64,000 nt of DNA, taken from contig DASTYK010000089.1 of assembly GCA_035764935.1 (NCBI GenBank), forward strand, positions 10,732-74,731. The letters run 5' to 3'. The translations under genes and the position numbers were made by a program. This stretch comes from Longimicrobiales bacterium (lineage in GTDB: Bacteria; Gemmatimonadota; Gemmatimonadetes; Longimicrobiales; RSA9). Of this stretch, positions 41,863 to 49,594 are shown piece after piece; the first letter of the stretch is position 1, and every line of letters begins with the position of its first letter. The notes beneath the pieces are model-generated. The model was not told the DNA's origin, did no database searches, and saw nothing but the letters and a program-made list of their open reading frames with translations.

Positions 41863-42593
41863 TGGAGACACAGCGCCAGCGTGGGCTGGTGATCATTCCT
41901 ACATACAACGAGCGCGAGAACCTGCCGCGGATCGTCCCGCTGGTGCTCGAACAGGACGAACGCCTCGAGGTGCTCGTCATCGACGACGCCTCGCCTGACG
42001 GTACCGGCGCGATCGCGGACCAGCTCGCGGCGAGCTGCCCGCGCGTGCACGTCATGCACCGGGCAGGGAAGCTCGGACTGGGAACGGCCTACATCGCGGG
42101 GTTCCGCTGGGGGCTGGAGCGCGGCTACGACTGGCTGTTCGAGATGGACGCAGACTTCTCGCACGATCCGTCCCACCTGCCGCAGTTCCTCGCGCAGCTC
42201 GGGACCCACGACGTCGTCCTCGGTTCGCGCTACCTCGGCGGCCGCGTCACCGTGGTCAACTGGCCGATCGCGCGGCTGCTGCTTTCGTACTTCGCAAACG
42301 TATACGCGCGCAAGGTGACCGGACTGCCGGTGGCGGACGCGACCGGCGGCTTCAAGGCGTTCCGCAGGGACGTGCTCGAGGCAATCGACCTGGATCGCAT
42401 CCAGTCCAACGGCTACTCGTTCCAGATCGAGGTCAGCATGCGCGCCTGGAGGAAGGGCTTCCGCATCTGCGAGATCCCGATCGTCTTCGTCGATCGCAGC
42501 CAGGGCGAGTCGAAGATGTCCAAGAAGATCATCCGCGAGGCCGTCTGGCGGGTGTGGCAGCTCCGCTGGCTGTCCCTTACGGGCCGGATGTAG
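41862..42593 (+). CDS. Polyprenol-phosphate mannosyltransferase (Ppm1/DPM1-like GT2)
   Basis: VIIPTYNERENL, IDDASPDGT, MDADFSHDP and QGESKMS motifs. Confidence 0.85.
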   Translation: METQRQRGLVIIPTYNERENLPRIVPLVLEQDERLEVLVIDDASPDGTGAIADQLAASCPRVHVMHRAGKLGLGTAYIAGFRWGLERGYDWLFEMDADFSHDPSHLPQFLAQLGTHDVVLGSRYLGGRVTVVNWPIARLLLSYFANVYARKVTGLPVADATGGFKAFRRDVLEAIDLDRIQSNGYSFQIEVSMRAWRKGFRICEIPIVFVDRSQGESKMSKKIIREAVWRVWQLRWLSLTGRM

Positions 42594-43184
42594 ATGGCGA
42601 TCCGCGATCTCCTGTGGGCGTGTCCCGCGTGCGGCCAGCCGGAGAGCCTGGCGCGCGACGGGCGTGCCGAGAAATGCCGCGCATGCGGCGCGCGGCTCCG
42701 CAGGGGACGGCGTGCGACGATCGTGCTCGAGGTGGCTGGCAGGGCGCCGCAGGTCCGCGAGGCCCGGGAATGGGTCGATGCGCTCGGAGACCCCGATGAC
42801 GGACAGCGTGAGGTCAGCGCCCGTGTCGTCCTGCGCGACGTCGCGCGCTCCTGGCCGCTGCGGGAAGGCGGGGAACTGCTCGGGTTCGTGGAGCGGTTCG
42901 GCCCCGACATGACGGGAACGCTGGTCATGAGCACGGATGCGATCCGCTTTCAGCCGGACGCCGGCCCCCTCCGTGCGTGGCCGATCCTCGACGTCACGGC
43001 CGTGCAGCCCGCCTCCAGCAAGCTCCAGCTCAAGGTGAAAGGGCACGACGTCGTCACGCTCCGCTTCATCGACAGCTCCGTCCGCCTGTGGGAGGCGCGC
43101 ATCCAGCGCCGGCTGCGGGAAGCGTGGCGGGCAGCGGGTCGAGGGGAGATCATGGAATTTCAGCCGCGCGTGAGCGCCCGATGA
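42594..43184 (+). CDS. Hypothetical protein with an N-terminal zinc ribbon and a PH/GRAM-like C-terminal domain
   Basis: CPACG-x14-CRACG zinc ribbon. The C-terminal segment GTLVMSTDAIRFQPD...WPILDVTAVQ...LQLKV...LRFIDSS resembles a bacterial PH-like fold. Confidence 0.35.
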   Translation: MAIRDLLWACPACGQPESLARDGRAEKCRACGARLRRGRRATIVLEVAGRAPQVREAREWVDALGDPDDGQREVSARVVLRDVARSWPLREGGELLGFVERFGPDMTGTLVMSTDAIRFQPDAGPLRAWPILDVTAVQPASSKLQLKVKGHDVVTLRFIDSSVRLWEARIQRRLREAWRAAGRGEIMEFQPRVSAR

Positions 43185-43873
43185 GGCGCGGCTACGCGTT
43201 CTACCACCTCGCGGCGTTCCTCGCGCGCAACCTTTTCCGGCTGGCCGGTCGCCTCGAGGTCCACGGGCTCGGCAACATCCCGCAGACCGGACCCTTTCTG
43301 CTTCTCGCCAACCACGAGAGCATCCTCGATCCGATCCTGATCCAGGCGGTCTGCCCACGGCCGGTGCACACCATGGCCAAGAGTACCCAGTTCGCCACTC
43401 CATTGATGAGCTGGGTCATGCGACACGTGAAATCGTTCCCGGTTCGGCGCTACCAGGTCGACCCCCAGTCCGTCCGCATGGTCCTGCGGCGACTCGAGCA
43501 GGGCGAAGCGGTCGGAATCTATCCGGAGGGCGAGCGCAGCTGGGACGGTCGGCTCCAGGAACCGCGCCGGGGAACCATCCGGCTGGTCCTCCGGGCCGAC
43601 GTCCCGATCATCCCGTGCACCATCGCCGGCAGCTACGACGTCTGGCCTCGCTGGGACCGGGGGATCCGCCGCGGCAACGTCCGTATCGATTTCGGGGAGG
43701 CCTTCCGCCTGCCGCCCGCCCGGGACAGAGCAGCGCGGGAAGCGGCTCTGCCCATGGCCACCAGCCGGATCATGGGCACCCTCCAGCGACAGCTCGAGGC
43801 TGCAGGCGGAGGGACGTCGAAGTCCGACGTCCACATTCCATCCACACCCGTTTCCACGCTCGAATCAACATGA
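43181..43873 (+). CDS. plsC: 1-acyl-sn-glycerol-3-phosphate acyltransferase family protein
   Basis: NHESILD (HX4D) and IYPEGERS motifs. Confidence 0.8.
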   Translation: MRRGYAFYHLAAFLARNLFRLAGRLEVHGLGNIPQTGPFLLLANHESILDPILIQAVCPRPVHTMAKSTQFATPLMSWVMRHVKSFPVRRYQVDPQSVRMVLRRLEQGEAVGIYPEGERSWDGRLQEPRRGTIRLVLRADVPIIPCTIAGSYDVWPRWDRGIRRGNVRIDFGEAFRLPPARDRAAREAALPMATSRIMGTLQRQLEAAGGGTSKSDVHIPSTPVSTLEST

Positions 43874-44209
43874 GATGCAAAGTGCTAACGCATTGTGGTG
43901 GTCTCAGTTAGCCACTCATAGCTCGGGTTTTCCACCAGCACGCTCTCCCCAGTATCAACGCTTTCCACAAGCCCTCGTTCGTCGACGGCTCCACGCACGG
44001 GTGCGGCTCTTGCTCGCCGCGCGGCGCAGGGCAGGTCCACGACCGCGGAGACGGATGTGGCAGAGAGCGGGACGGTCCTGGAGCATCGCAGGCGAGCTGG
44101 CATCGTCGTGCTCGCCGCGGTCGCGTATGTGACGGCTCACCGGCATCGACGGCGTCGCGCACCTCGGGTGGGTTGCCGCCGGCGTTCCGCATCGCACCCC
44201 TCGGCCAGC

Positions 44210-44225
44210 TGGCGGTGTCGTTGCC
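44210..44225 (+). promoter_or_regulatory. Sigma-54-like -24/-12 element (TGGCGGTGTCGTTGCC)
   Basis: Exact TGGC-N7-TTGC spacing inside the roughly 530-bp non-coding region, about 180 nt upstream of the ligD ATG. Confidence 0.3.
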
Positions 44226-44367
44226 TCGGCCGCGTGCCGGCCGCGCTGGATCGACCTGTGGCTGCCTGCGTTGTCTGTCGGCTCCGTGCCGACGCCGGCG
44301 GAGCAGGGACAGCGTCGCGTCGTACGAGAGCCTTGAGTTTTCCACGGTTTCCCACAACGCAAGTTTA

Positions 44368-44383
44368 CATAATGCATATTATG
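44368..44383. promoter_or_regulatory. AT-rich inverted repeat CATAAT-GCAT-ATTATG (operator or -10 candidate)
   Basis: Perfect 6-bp arms 20 nt upstream of the ligD ATG. This is the most AT-rich spot in the window, and each arm is a -10-like hexamer. Confidence 0.35.
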
Positions 44384-44403
44384 CGAAGTTCTGGGCGGGC
44401 GGG

Positions 44404-46353
44404 ATGACACCCTCGCTGCGCGTGCCTCGGCCACAGCTCGCCACCCTCGTCGACGCCGCTCCCGAGGGCGATGACTGGCTGCACGAGATCAAGTACGACG
44501 GCTACCGACTCCTCGCGGTGCTCGAAGGTGGAGACGTCCGCCTGATCACCCGGAACGGCAAGGACTGGACGACGCCGTATCGCGCTGTCGCGGACGAGCT
44601 GGCGGAGCTTCCCGCGGACACGGCCATCGTCGACGGCGAGGTCGTGGTGGTGCTGCCGGACGGCCGGACCAGCTTCCAGGCGCTGCAGAACGTGCAGTCC
44701 GGCGGATCCGGCGTCCTGCGCTTCATGGCCTTCGACCTCCTCCATCTGGACGGTGTGGACGTCTCGCAGGAGCCGCTGGACGACCGCAAGGCGCTGCTGG
44801 ATACGGTGCTGGGAGGTCTGCCCGGCGATGTCGTGCACTACAGCGATCACGTCGAGGGCCAGGGTCCGGCCTTCCATCGCCAGGCCTGTCGGCTGCACCT
44901 CGAGGGGATCATTTCCAAGCGCCGGAGCGCGCCGTATTCGCCCGGGAGAGGACGTGAATGGGTGAAGGTCAAGTGCTTGCGGGAACAGGAGTTCGTCGTT
45001 GTCGGCTATACGGCTCCGCAGGGCTCCCGGACGGGGTTCGGGGCGCTCTGGCTTGCGGCGCACGACGAGGATGGAAGGCTCGTCCAGGTCGGCAAGGTGG
45101 GCACGGGGTTCGACGAGGCGGCTCTGCGCGCGCTGCATCGCACGCTCCGAGCGATCCAGGTGTCTGCCCCACCGGTTGTGAATCCGCCCCGAGGTGCCTC
45201 GGCGCGCGGCGTGCAATGGGTGAGACCGGAGCTTGTCGCGCAGGTAGCCTACACGGAGATGACGGCGGATCGCAGCCTGCGGCACCCCACGTTCCGCGGC
45301 CTGCGCGATGACAAGGCGGCCGGGGACGTCGGCTTCGAGTTCCCCGCCCCGCTTCGCCCGCCTTCGTCCTCTGGAGGTGACATGGCTTCGGGAAAGGCGC
45401 GTGCGCGCCGGAGTGCTTCGGCAGGAACGTCGTCTGGCCGTTCGCAGTCCAAGCGGTCGCCGCGAGACCGCGTGGAGATCGCCGGCATTTCGCTGAGCAA
45501 CCCTGACAAGGTGCTGTACGCGGACTCCGGGGTCACCAAGCTGGACCTGGCGAACTACTACGAGTCAGTTGCCGAGTGGATCCTTCCGCACATCGAAGAT
45601 CGTCCGCTGACGCTGGTCCGGTGCCCTTCGGGTCGCGGCGACTGTTTTTACCAGAAGCACATCGGGGACAGTGCCCACCCGGCGATCCTGCGTGTCGCGA
45701 TTCCGGGCGACCCGGAGCCGTACGGCGCCGTTCGCAACGTGACGGGTCTGATCGCCCTGGCTCAGCTCGGCGTTCTGGAGCTGCATACCTGGGGAGCCAG
45801 GCGAGATCGCGTGGAACAGCCGGATCGGATCGTCCTGGACCTGGACCCGGACCCTGCCGTCCCGTGGGATCGAGTGGTGGAAGCCGCACGGCAGGTACGC
45901 GAGGCGTTTTCGCTTCTCGATTTCGAGAGCTTCGTCAAGACGACGGGCGGCAAGGGGCTGCACGTGGTGGTCCCGTTCCGGCGCGGGCCGGGCTGGGACG
46001 AGGTGAAGGCGTTTTCGCGCGCGGTCGCGGAAGCCGTATCCGGCGCCAGTCCTGGCGAGTATACGCTCAATATCTCCAAGGCGAAGCGGCGGGACCGGAT
46101 CCTGATCGACTACCTGCGCAACGGTCGTGGCGCGACTGCGATCGAGGCGTACTCGACGCGGGCGCGTTCCGGTGCGCCCGTGGCCGTCCCCCTGTCGTGG
46201 GACGAACTGGGGCCGGACGTCCGCGAGGATCACTTCACCATCCGCAACGTGGCGAAGCGTCTCGGGTCATTGAAGCAGGATCCGTGGAAAGACTACGCCG
46301 CCGTGAAGCAGTCGATCACGGCGGCGGTGCGCAGGAAGGTCAAGTCGTTGTAG
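44404..46353 (+). CDS. ligD: ATP-dependent DNA ligase LigD, ligase plus polymerase/primase domains (no phosphoesterase domain seen)
   Basis: N-terminal ligase domain with the LHEIKYDGYR adenylation motif. The C-terminal LigD Pol domain carries ISLSNPDKVLY, VLDLDPDP and TTGGKGLHVVVP. The start is placed at MTPSLRVP; the listed ORF start at 44173 extends into non-coding-looking sequence. Confidence 0.9.
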   Translation: MTPSLRVPRPQLATLVDAAPEGDDWLHEIKYDGYRLLAVLEGGDVRLITRNGKDWTTPYRAVADELAELPADTAIVDGEVVVVLPDGRTSFQALQNVQSGGSGVLRFMAFDLLHLDGVDVSQEPLDDRKALLDTVLGGLPGDVVHYSDHVEGQGPAFHRQACRLHLEGIISKRRSAPYSPGRGREWVKVKCLREQEFVVVGYTAPQGSRTGFGALWLAAHDEDGRLVQVGKVGTGFDEAALRALHRTLRAIQVSAPPVVNPPRGASARGVQWVRPELVAQVAYTEMTADRSLRHPTFRGLRDDKAAGDVGFEFPAPLRPPSSSGGDMASGKARARRSASAGTSSGRSQSKRSPRDRVEIAGISLSNPDKVLYADSGVTKLDLANYYESVAEWILPHIEDRPLTLVRCPSGRGDCFYQKHIGDSAHPAILRVAIPGDPEPYGAVRNVTGLIALAQLGVLELHTWGARRDRVEQPDRIVLDLDPDPAVPWDRVVEAARQVREAFSLLDFESFVKTTGGKGLHVVVPFRRGPGWDEVKAFSRAVAEAVSGASPGEYTLNISKAKRRDRILIDYLRNGRGATAIEAYSTRARSGAPVAVPLSWDELGPDVREDHFTIRNVAKRLGSLKQDPWKDYAAVKQSITAAVRRKVKSL

Positions 46354-46359
46354 CGGCCG

Positions 46360-47163
46360 TCAGGTCGACGTCGTATCCCCTGCGGCGGCGGTGTCGGCAG
46401 CGGCCGGTACTGCGGCGCCGGTGGCGGTGCCTGTTGTATCTGCTGCGAGCGGTGCCGGCGGTGCCGCGTTGGACGGAGCCCCCCCGGTCTGCAGCTCCGC
46501 GATGCGCATCTCGTAGAAGCCGCGCTCGGCGGCGTTCTCGTCGATGAGGTCGAGGATCCGCTCGAAGGAGGCGATGGCCGAGGCCGCGTCGCCGGTGGCG
46601 GCCTGGACGCGTGCGGCCTCCTCGTAACCGGCGATCTGCTGGAACAGGAACCGACTGTCGCGACCGATGCGTGTGTAGGTCTGGATCGCCTGCTCGGCCT
46701 GGCCGGCGGCTTCGTAGGCCGCACCGATCAGCATGGCCGCGTTGAAGCCGAGCGGTGCGTCGACATCGCGACTCAGCGGCGCGAGCACCTCTGACGCCTG
46801 CTGCGGCTGGTTCGCCTGCAGGTAGAGCTCGCCGAGCAGCAGGCGCGCCTCGTCTGCCGACTCGGTCCCGCCGTACCGCGACACGAGTGCTTCCCCGTCA
46901 CGCAGTGCGAGCGGAACGTTGCCGGACGCGACGGTCGTACGCAGGTCGTTCAGCGCGTTGGCCGCGCCGGTTTCCCTGGCGCTGCTGTAGTTGCGGTAGA
47001 CCAGAAAGCCGACGAGGAGTGCGACGACGACAGCACCCGCGATGACGAGGGTGCGCGCGTTCTCGCGCGCCCATGCGCCACCCTCGAGGACGCCGTGAAC
47101 GAACTTGTCGTCGTCGGCCGCCGGTGCGTTGTGCGGCCTGCGTCGGGCTGAATGCCTGCTCAT
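46360..47163 (-). CDS. Membrane-anchored TPR-like protein (YfgM-like architecture)
   Basis: Basic N-terminus, a single TM helix (LVIAGAVVVALLVGFLVY), a helical repeat region and an Ala/Thr/Pro-rich tail. The start is placed at the ATG at 47163 (MSRHSARRRP). Confidence 0.5.
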   Translation of the reverse strand: MSRHSARRRPHNAPAADDDKFVHGVLEGGAWARENARTLVIAGAVVVALLVGFLVYRNYSSARETGAANALNDLRTTVASGNVPLALRDGEALVSRYGGTESADEARLLLGELYLQANQPQQASEVLAPLSRDVDAPLGFNAAMLIGAAYEAAGQAEQAIQTYTRIGRDSRFLFQQIAGYEEAARVQAATGDAASAIASFERILDLIDENAAERGFYEMRIAELQTGGAPSNAAPPAPLAADTTGTATGAAVPAAADTAAAGDTTST

Positions 47164-47366
47164 GCGTATCGGGATCGAAGGTGCGACTTCGCCGCGAACG
47201 GCACCGCCCGCGGCCGACGGCGCGCGGGCGGATCCTACAGGGCCGCGACAATAGCGGAGAAACGTAGGGGCACCGCGGAATCGCGTCAACCCGATACCGC
47301 GGCAGATCCAGCGCGGTGTGAATGGCGCGCACACCAGGAAAACGCGCGCAGGCACGTGCCAGCGGC

Positions 47367-47382
47367 TGGCGTATGGCTTGCA
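47367..47382 (+). promoter_or_regulatory. Sigma-54-like -24/-12 element (TGGCGTATGGCTTGCA)
   Basis: Exact TGGC-N7-TTGCA, about 43 nt upstream of the Omp85-family ATG at 47424. Confidence 0.4.
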
Positions 47383-47401
47383 TTGGCCGGCAGCCAATGC
47401 A
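47379..47401. promoter_or_regulatory. Perfect inverted repeat TGCATTGGC-N5-GCCAATGCA (operator candidate)
   Basis: 9-bp arms whose left arm overlaps the -12 TTGCA box. A separate 10-bp palindrome, GGCACGTGCC, lies at 47351-47360. Confidence 0.4.
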
Positions 47402-47423
47402 GATCGAGCCGGCTGCTGTTCCG

Positions 47424-49592
47424 ATGCTGACCTTCTTCAGGTCCTGGCGGCGCGCGCGGAGTGCGTGCGGCGCCCTCGTGCTTCTGGGGATCACCGGTGT
47501 GACCGGCGGATGCGCCGCCCGCGGTGGGCCAGCTGAGCTGTACCCGGAGCTGGTCGAGTACGAGAACCGGCGGATCAGCGACGTCGACTTCCTCAACAGC
47601 GAGCCCTTCCGCGAGGACTCGCTGCTTTCGATCACGGTCACCCGTGAGTCGCGCTGCAGCCTGCTTGGCCTTCCGATCTGCGTTCCGTTCACGAGCATCG
47701 GTCGCGAGACGCACCGGCTGAGCGTCGGCACGGTCGCGTCGGACGTGCGGCGGCTCGAGCTCTTCTACCGCGGGCAGGGGTTCTTCGGTACGGCGGTCGC
47801 GCCGGACGTGGAAGACGATGGAGAGGACGTGCGCGTCATCTTCACGATCGATCGCGGCGATGCCGTGCTGCTCGACACGATCGGCGTCGCCGGGACGGAG
47901 CCTGCATTCACGCCGGACTCGATCCTGCCCTTTCTTCCGCTCGCACCCGGAGACACGTTCCGGCTGCCCGAGTTCGCCGCCGCTGCGGACTCGGTGCTTT
48001 TTGCGATGCAGTCGCACGGCCATGCGTGGGCGCAGGTGCTGCGGAACTACGGCGTGGACACGGTTTCAAACCGGGCGAGTGCGTTCATCGAAGCGGTACC
48101 GGGACCGCGCGCGGTCGTGGACTCGATCATCGTGCGGGGCGCGGAGAACCTGGGCTCGGCGGCCGCGCGCCGGCAGCTCACGCTGCGCGAAGGCGAGGTG
48201 CTGCGCCGCAGGACGCTGGTGGAGTCGCAGCGCAACCTGTACAGCCTGGAGCTGGTGCAGTTCGCGAGCGTCTCGATTGCGCCCGACTCCCTGCAGCTCA
48301 CACCCGCGGACAGCACGACAGCCACCATCATCGTCGGCGTGGCCGAGGCCCCGGTTCACCAGGTCGATGCGTCGGTCGGGTACGGGACGGTGGAGTGCGG
48401 TCGCGCGGAAGTGCGCTGGGTCAACCGCAGCTTCCTCGGTGGAGCCCGGCGCCTGGCGCTGAGCGGCTCCGTCAGCAAGCTGGGCGTTGGCGTGGACCGG
48501 GTGAGCGAATCGGTGTGCGGTGCCTTCGAGCGGGGCGACACGTCGATCGCCCGGGGTCTCGATTACCGTTTCACCGCGACGCTCACGCAGCCCTACTTCC
48601 TGAGTCCCAATAACCGCATCACGACGACGCTGTACGCGGACCGGATCTCCGAGCCGATGGTGTACCAGCGCGAGGCGGAGGGTGGCCAGTTCGTCTTCAC
48701 ACGGCGGCTCGGCGACCGCACGTTCTTCAGTCCCGATCTCGAGATCGTGCGTACGCGCACCCTCGCGTCGCCAGCGCTCTACTGCGTCGCGTTCCAGGTA
48801 TGCCTGCCTGCGACGATCGATTCGCTCGCGCAGTCACAGTGGCGGAACTCGCTCGGCACGACCTTCACGCACGACCGCACGGACAACGCGCTCAATCCGA
48901 CACGCGGGTTCCGGCTGAACGCGACGACGACGTGGGCGTCACAGGCACTCGGGTCGGACCTCGAATACCTCCGGTTCACCGCCGACGGCACGGTGGTGCG
49001 CACGCTGCGGCCGGGCTGGGTCGGCGCCGTGATCCTGAGACTCGGCAGCTTCTTCTCCACGGCGTCGCTCGACCCGACGCGCAGCTTCCTGCCGCCGGAG
49101 GAGCGCTTCTATGCGGGCGGCCAGAACACGGTGCGCGGCTATTCCCGCAACGCGCTGGGCCCGGGGGTGTACGTCACGTCGGAGACGGATTCGCTCGGCA
49201 ATCCGCTTGTCGGTGCGGCGGAGTTCGTGCCCGTCGGCGGTACCGCGCTGACAGTCGCGTCCGCTGAGGTGCGCTTCCCTTCACCCTTCCTGCCCCAGTT
49301 TCTGCGACTCGCCGCGTTCGTCGATGCGGGCAACGTCGGCTACGGCAACTTCTGGGACCTCGCGCGGCAGGGATGGCGCGTCACGCCCGGCGTCGGACTG
49401 CGCCTGAGCACGCCCGTCGGCCCGGTGCGCCTCGATCTCGGCTTCAATCCGCACGGGCCGCAGACGGAGCCGCTCTATTACGCGGACGCGGAAACGGGCA
49501 CGCTGGTCCAGATCCGGAGTGCGTTCACGCCCGACCCGCCTTCTTTCCTCGATCGGCTGCGGCTGCACATTGCCGTGGGCCAGCCGTTCTGA
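47424..49592 (+). CDS. tamA: Omp85-family outer membrane protein (TamA/BamA-like)
   Basis: Signal/anchor LVLLGITGVTGGCAA and POTRA-like N-terminal repeats. The C-terminal barrel carries FYAGGQNTVRGYSRNALGP and AAFVDAGNVG. Followed 3 nt later by tamB. The start could instead be at 47397 or 47322. Confidence 0.8.
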   Translation: MLTFFRSWRRARSACGALVLLGITGVTGGCAARGGPAELYPELVEYENRRISDVDFLNSEPFREDSLLSITVTRESRCSLLGLPICVPFTSIGRETHRLSVGTVASDVRRLELFYRGQGFFGTAVAPDVEDDGEDVRVIFTIDRGDAVLLDTIGVAGTEPAFTPDSILPFLPLAPGDTFRLPEFAAAADSVLFAMQSHGHAWAQVLRNYGVDTVSNRASAFIEAVPGPRAVVDSIIVRGAENLGSAAARRQLTLREGEVLRRRTLVESQRNLYSLELVQFASVSIAPDSLQLTPADSTTATIIVGVAEAPVHQVDASVGYGTVECGRAEVRWVNRSFLGGARRLALSGSVSKLGVGVDRVSESVCGAFERGDTSIARGLDYRFTATLTQPYFLSPNNRITTTLYADRISEPMVYQREAEGGQFVFTRRLGDRTFFSPDLEIVRTRTLASPALYCVAFQVCLPATIDSLAQSQWRNSLGTTFTHDRTDNALNPTRGFRLNATTTWASQALGSDLEYLRFTADGTVVRTLRPGWVGAVILRLGSFFSTASLDPTRSFLPPEERFYAGGQNTVRGYSRNALGPGVYVTSETDSLGNPLVGAAEFVPVGGTALTVASAEVRFPSPFLPQFLRLAAFVDAGNVGYGNFWDLARQGWRVTPGVGLRLSTPVGPVRLDLGFNPHGPQTEPLYYADAETGTLVQIRSAFTPDPPSFLDRLRLHIAVGQPF

Positions 49593-49594
49593 CG

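Noticed and set aside
43874-44403. Possible decayed ku gene or small protein gene upstream of ligD.
   Set aside because: None of the six frames shows Ku-like sequence or a convincing ORF. The 72-aa minus-strand ORF 43885-44103 has a protein-like tail (GESVLVENPSYEWLTETTTMR) but mixed third-position GC and an Arg/Ala-rich body. This is too weak to call without a homology search.
44173-44403. N-terminal extension of ligD as listed in the ORF track (start at 44173).
   Set aside because: The extension is Arg/Cys/Pro-rich and crosses the AT-rich palindrome. The ligase domain homology begins right after the ATG at 44404 (MTPSLRVPRPQLATL...).
47352-47368. Minus-strand TGGCACGTGCCTGCG as a sigma-54 promoter for the TPR gene.
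   Set aside because: The -24 half (TGGCACG) is perfect, but the GC of the -12 box is one nucleotide too close (GG-N9-GC) and lacks TTGC. The sequence is also simply one half of the GGCACGTGCC palindrome.
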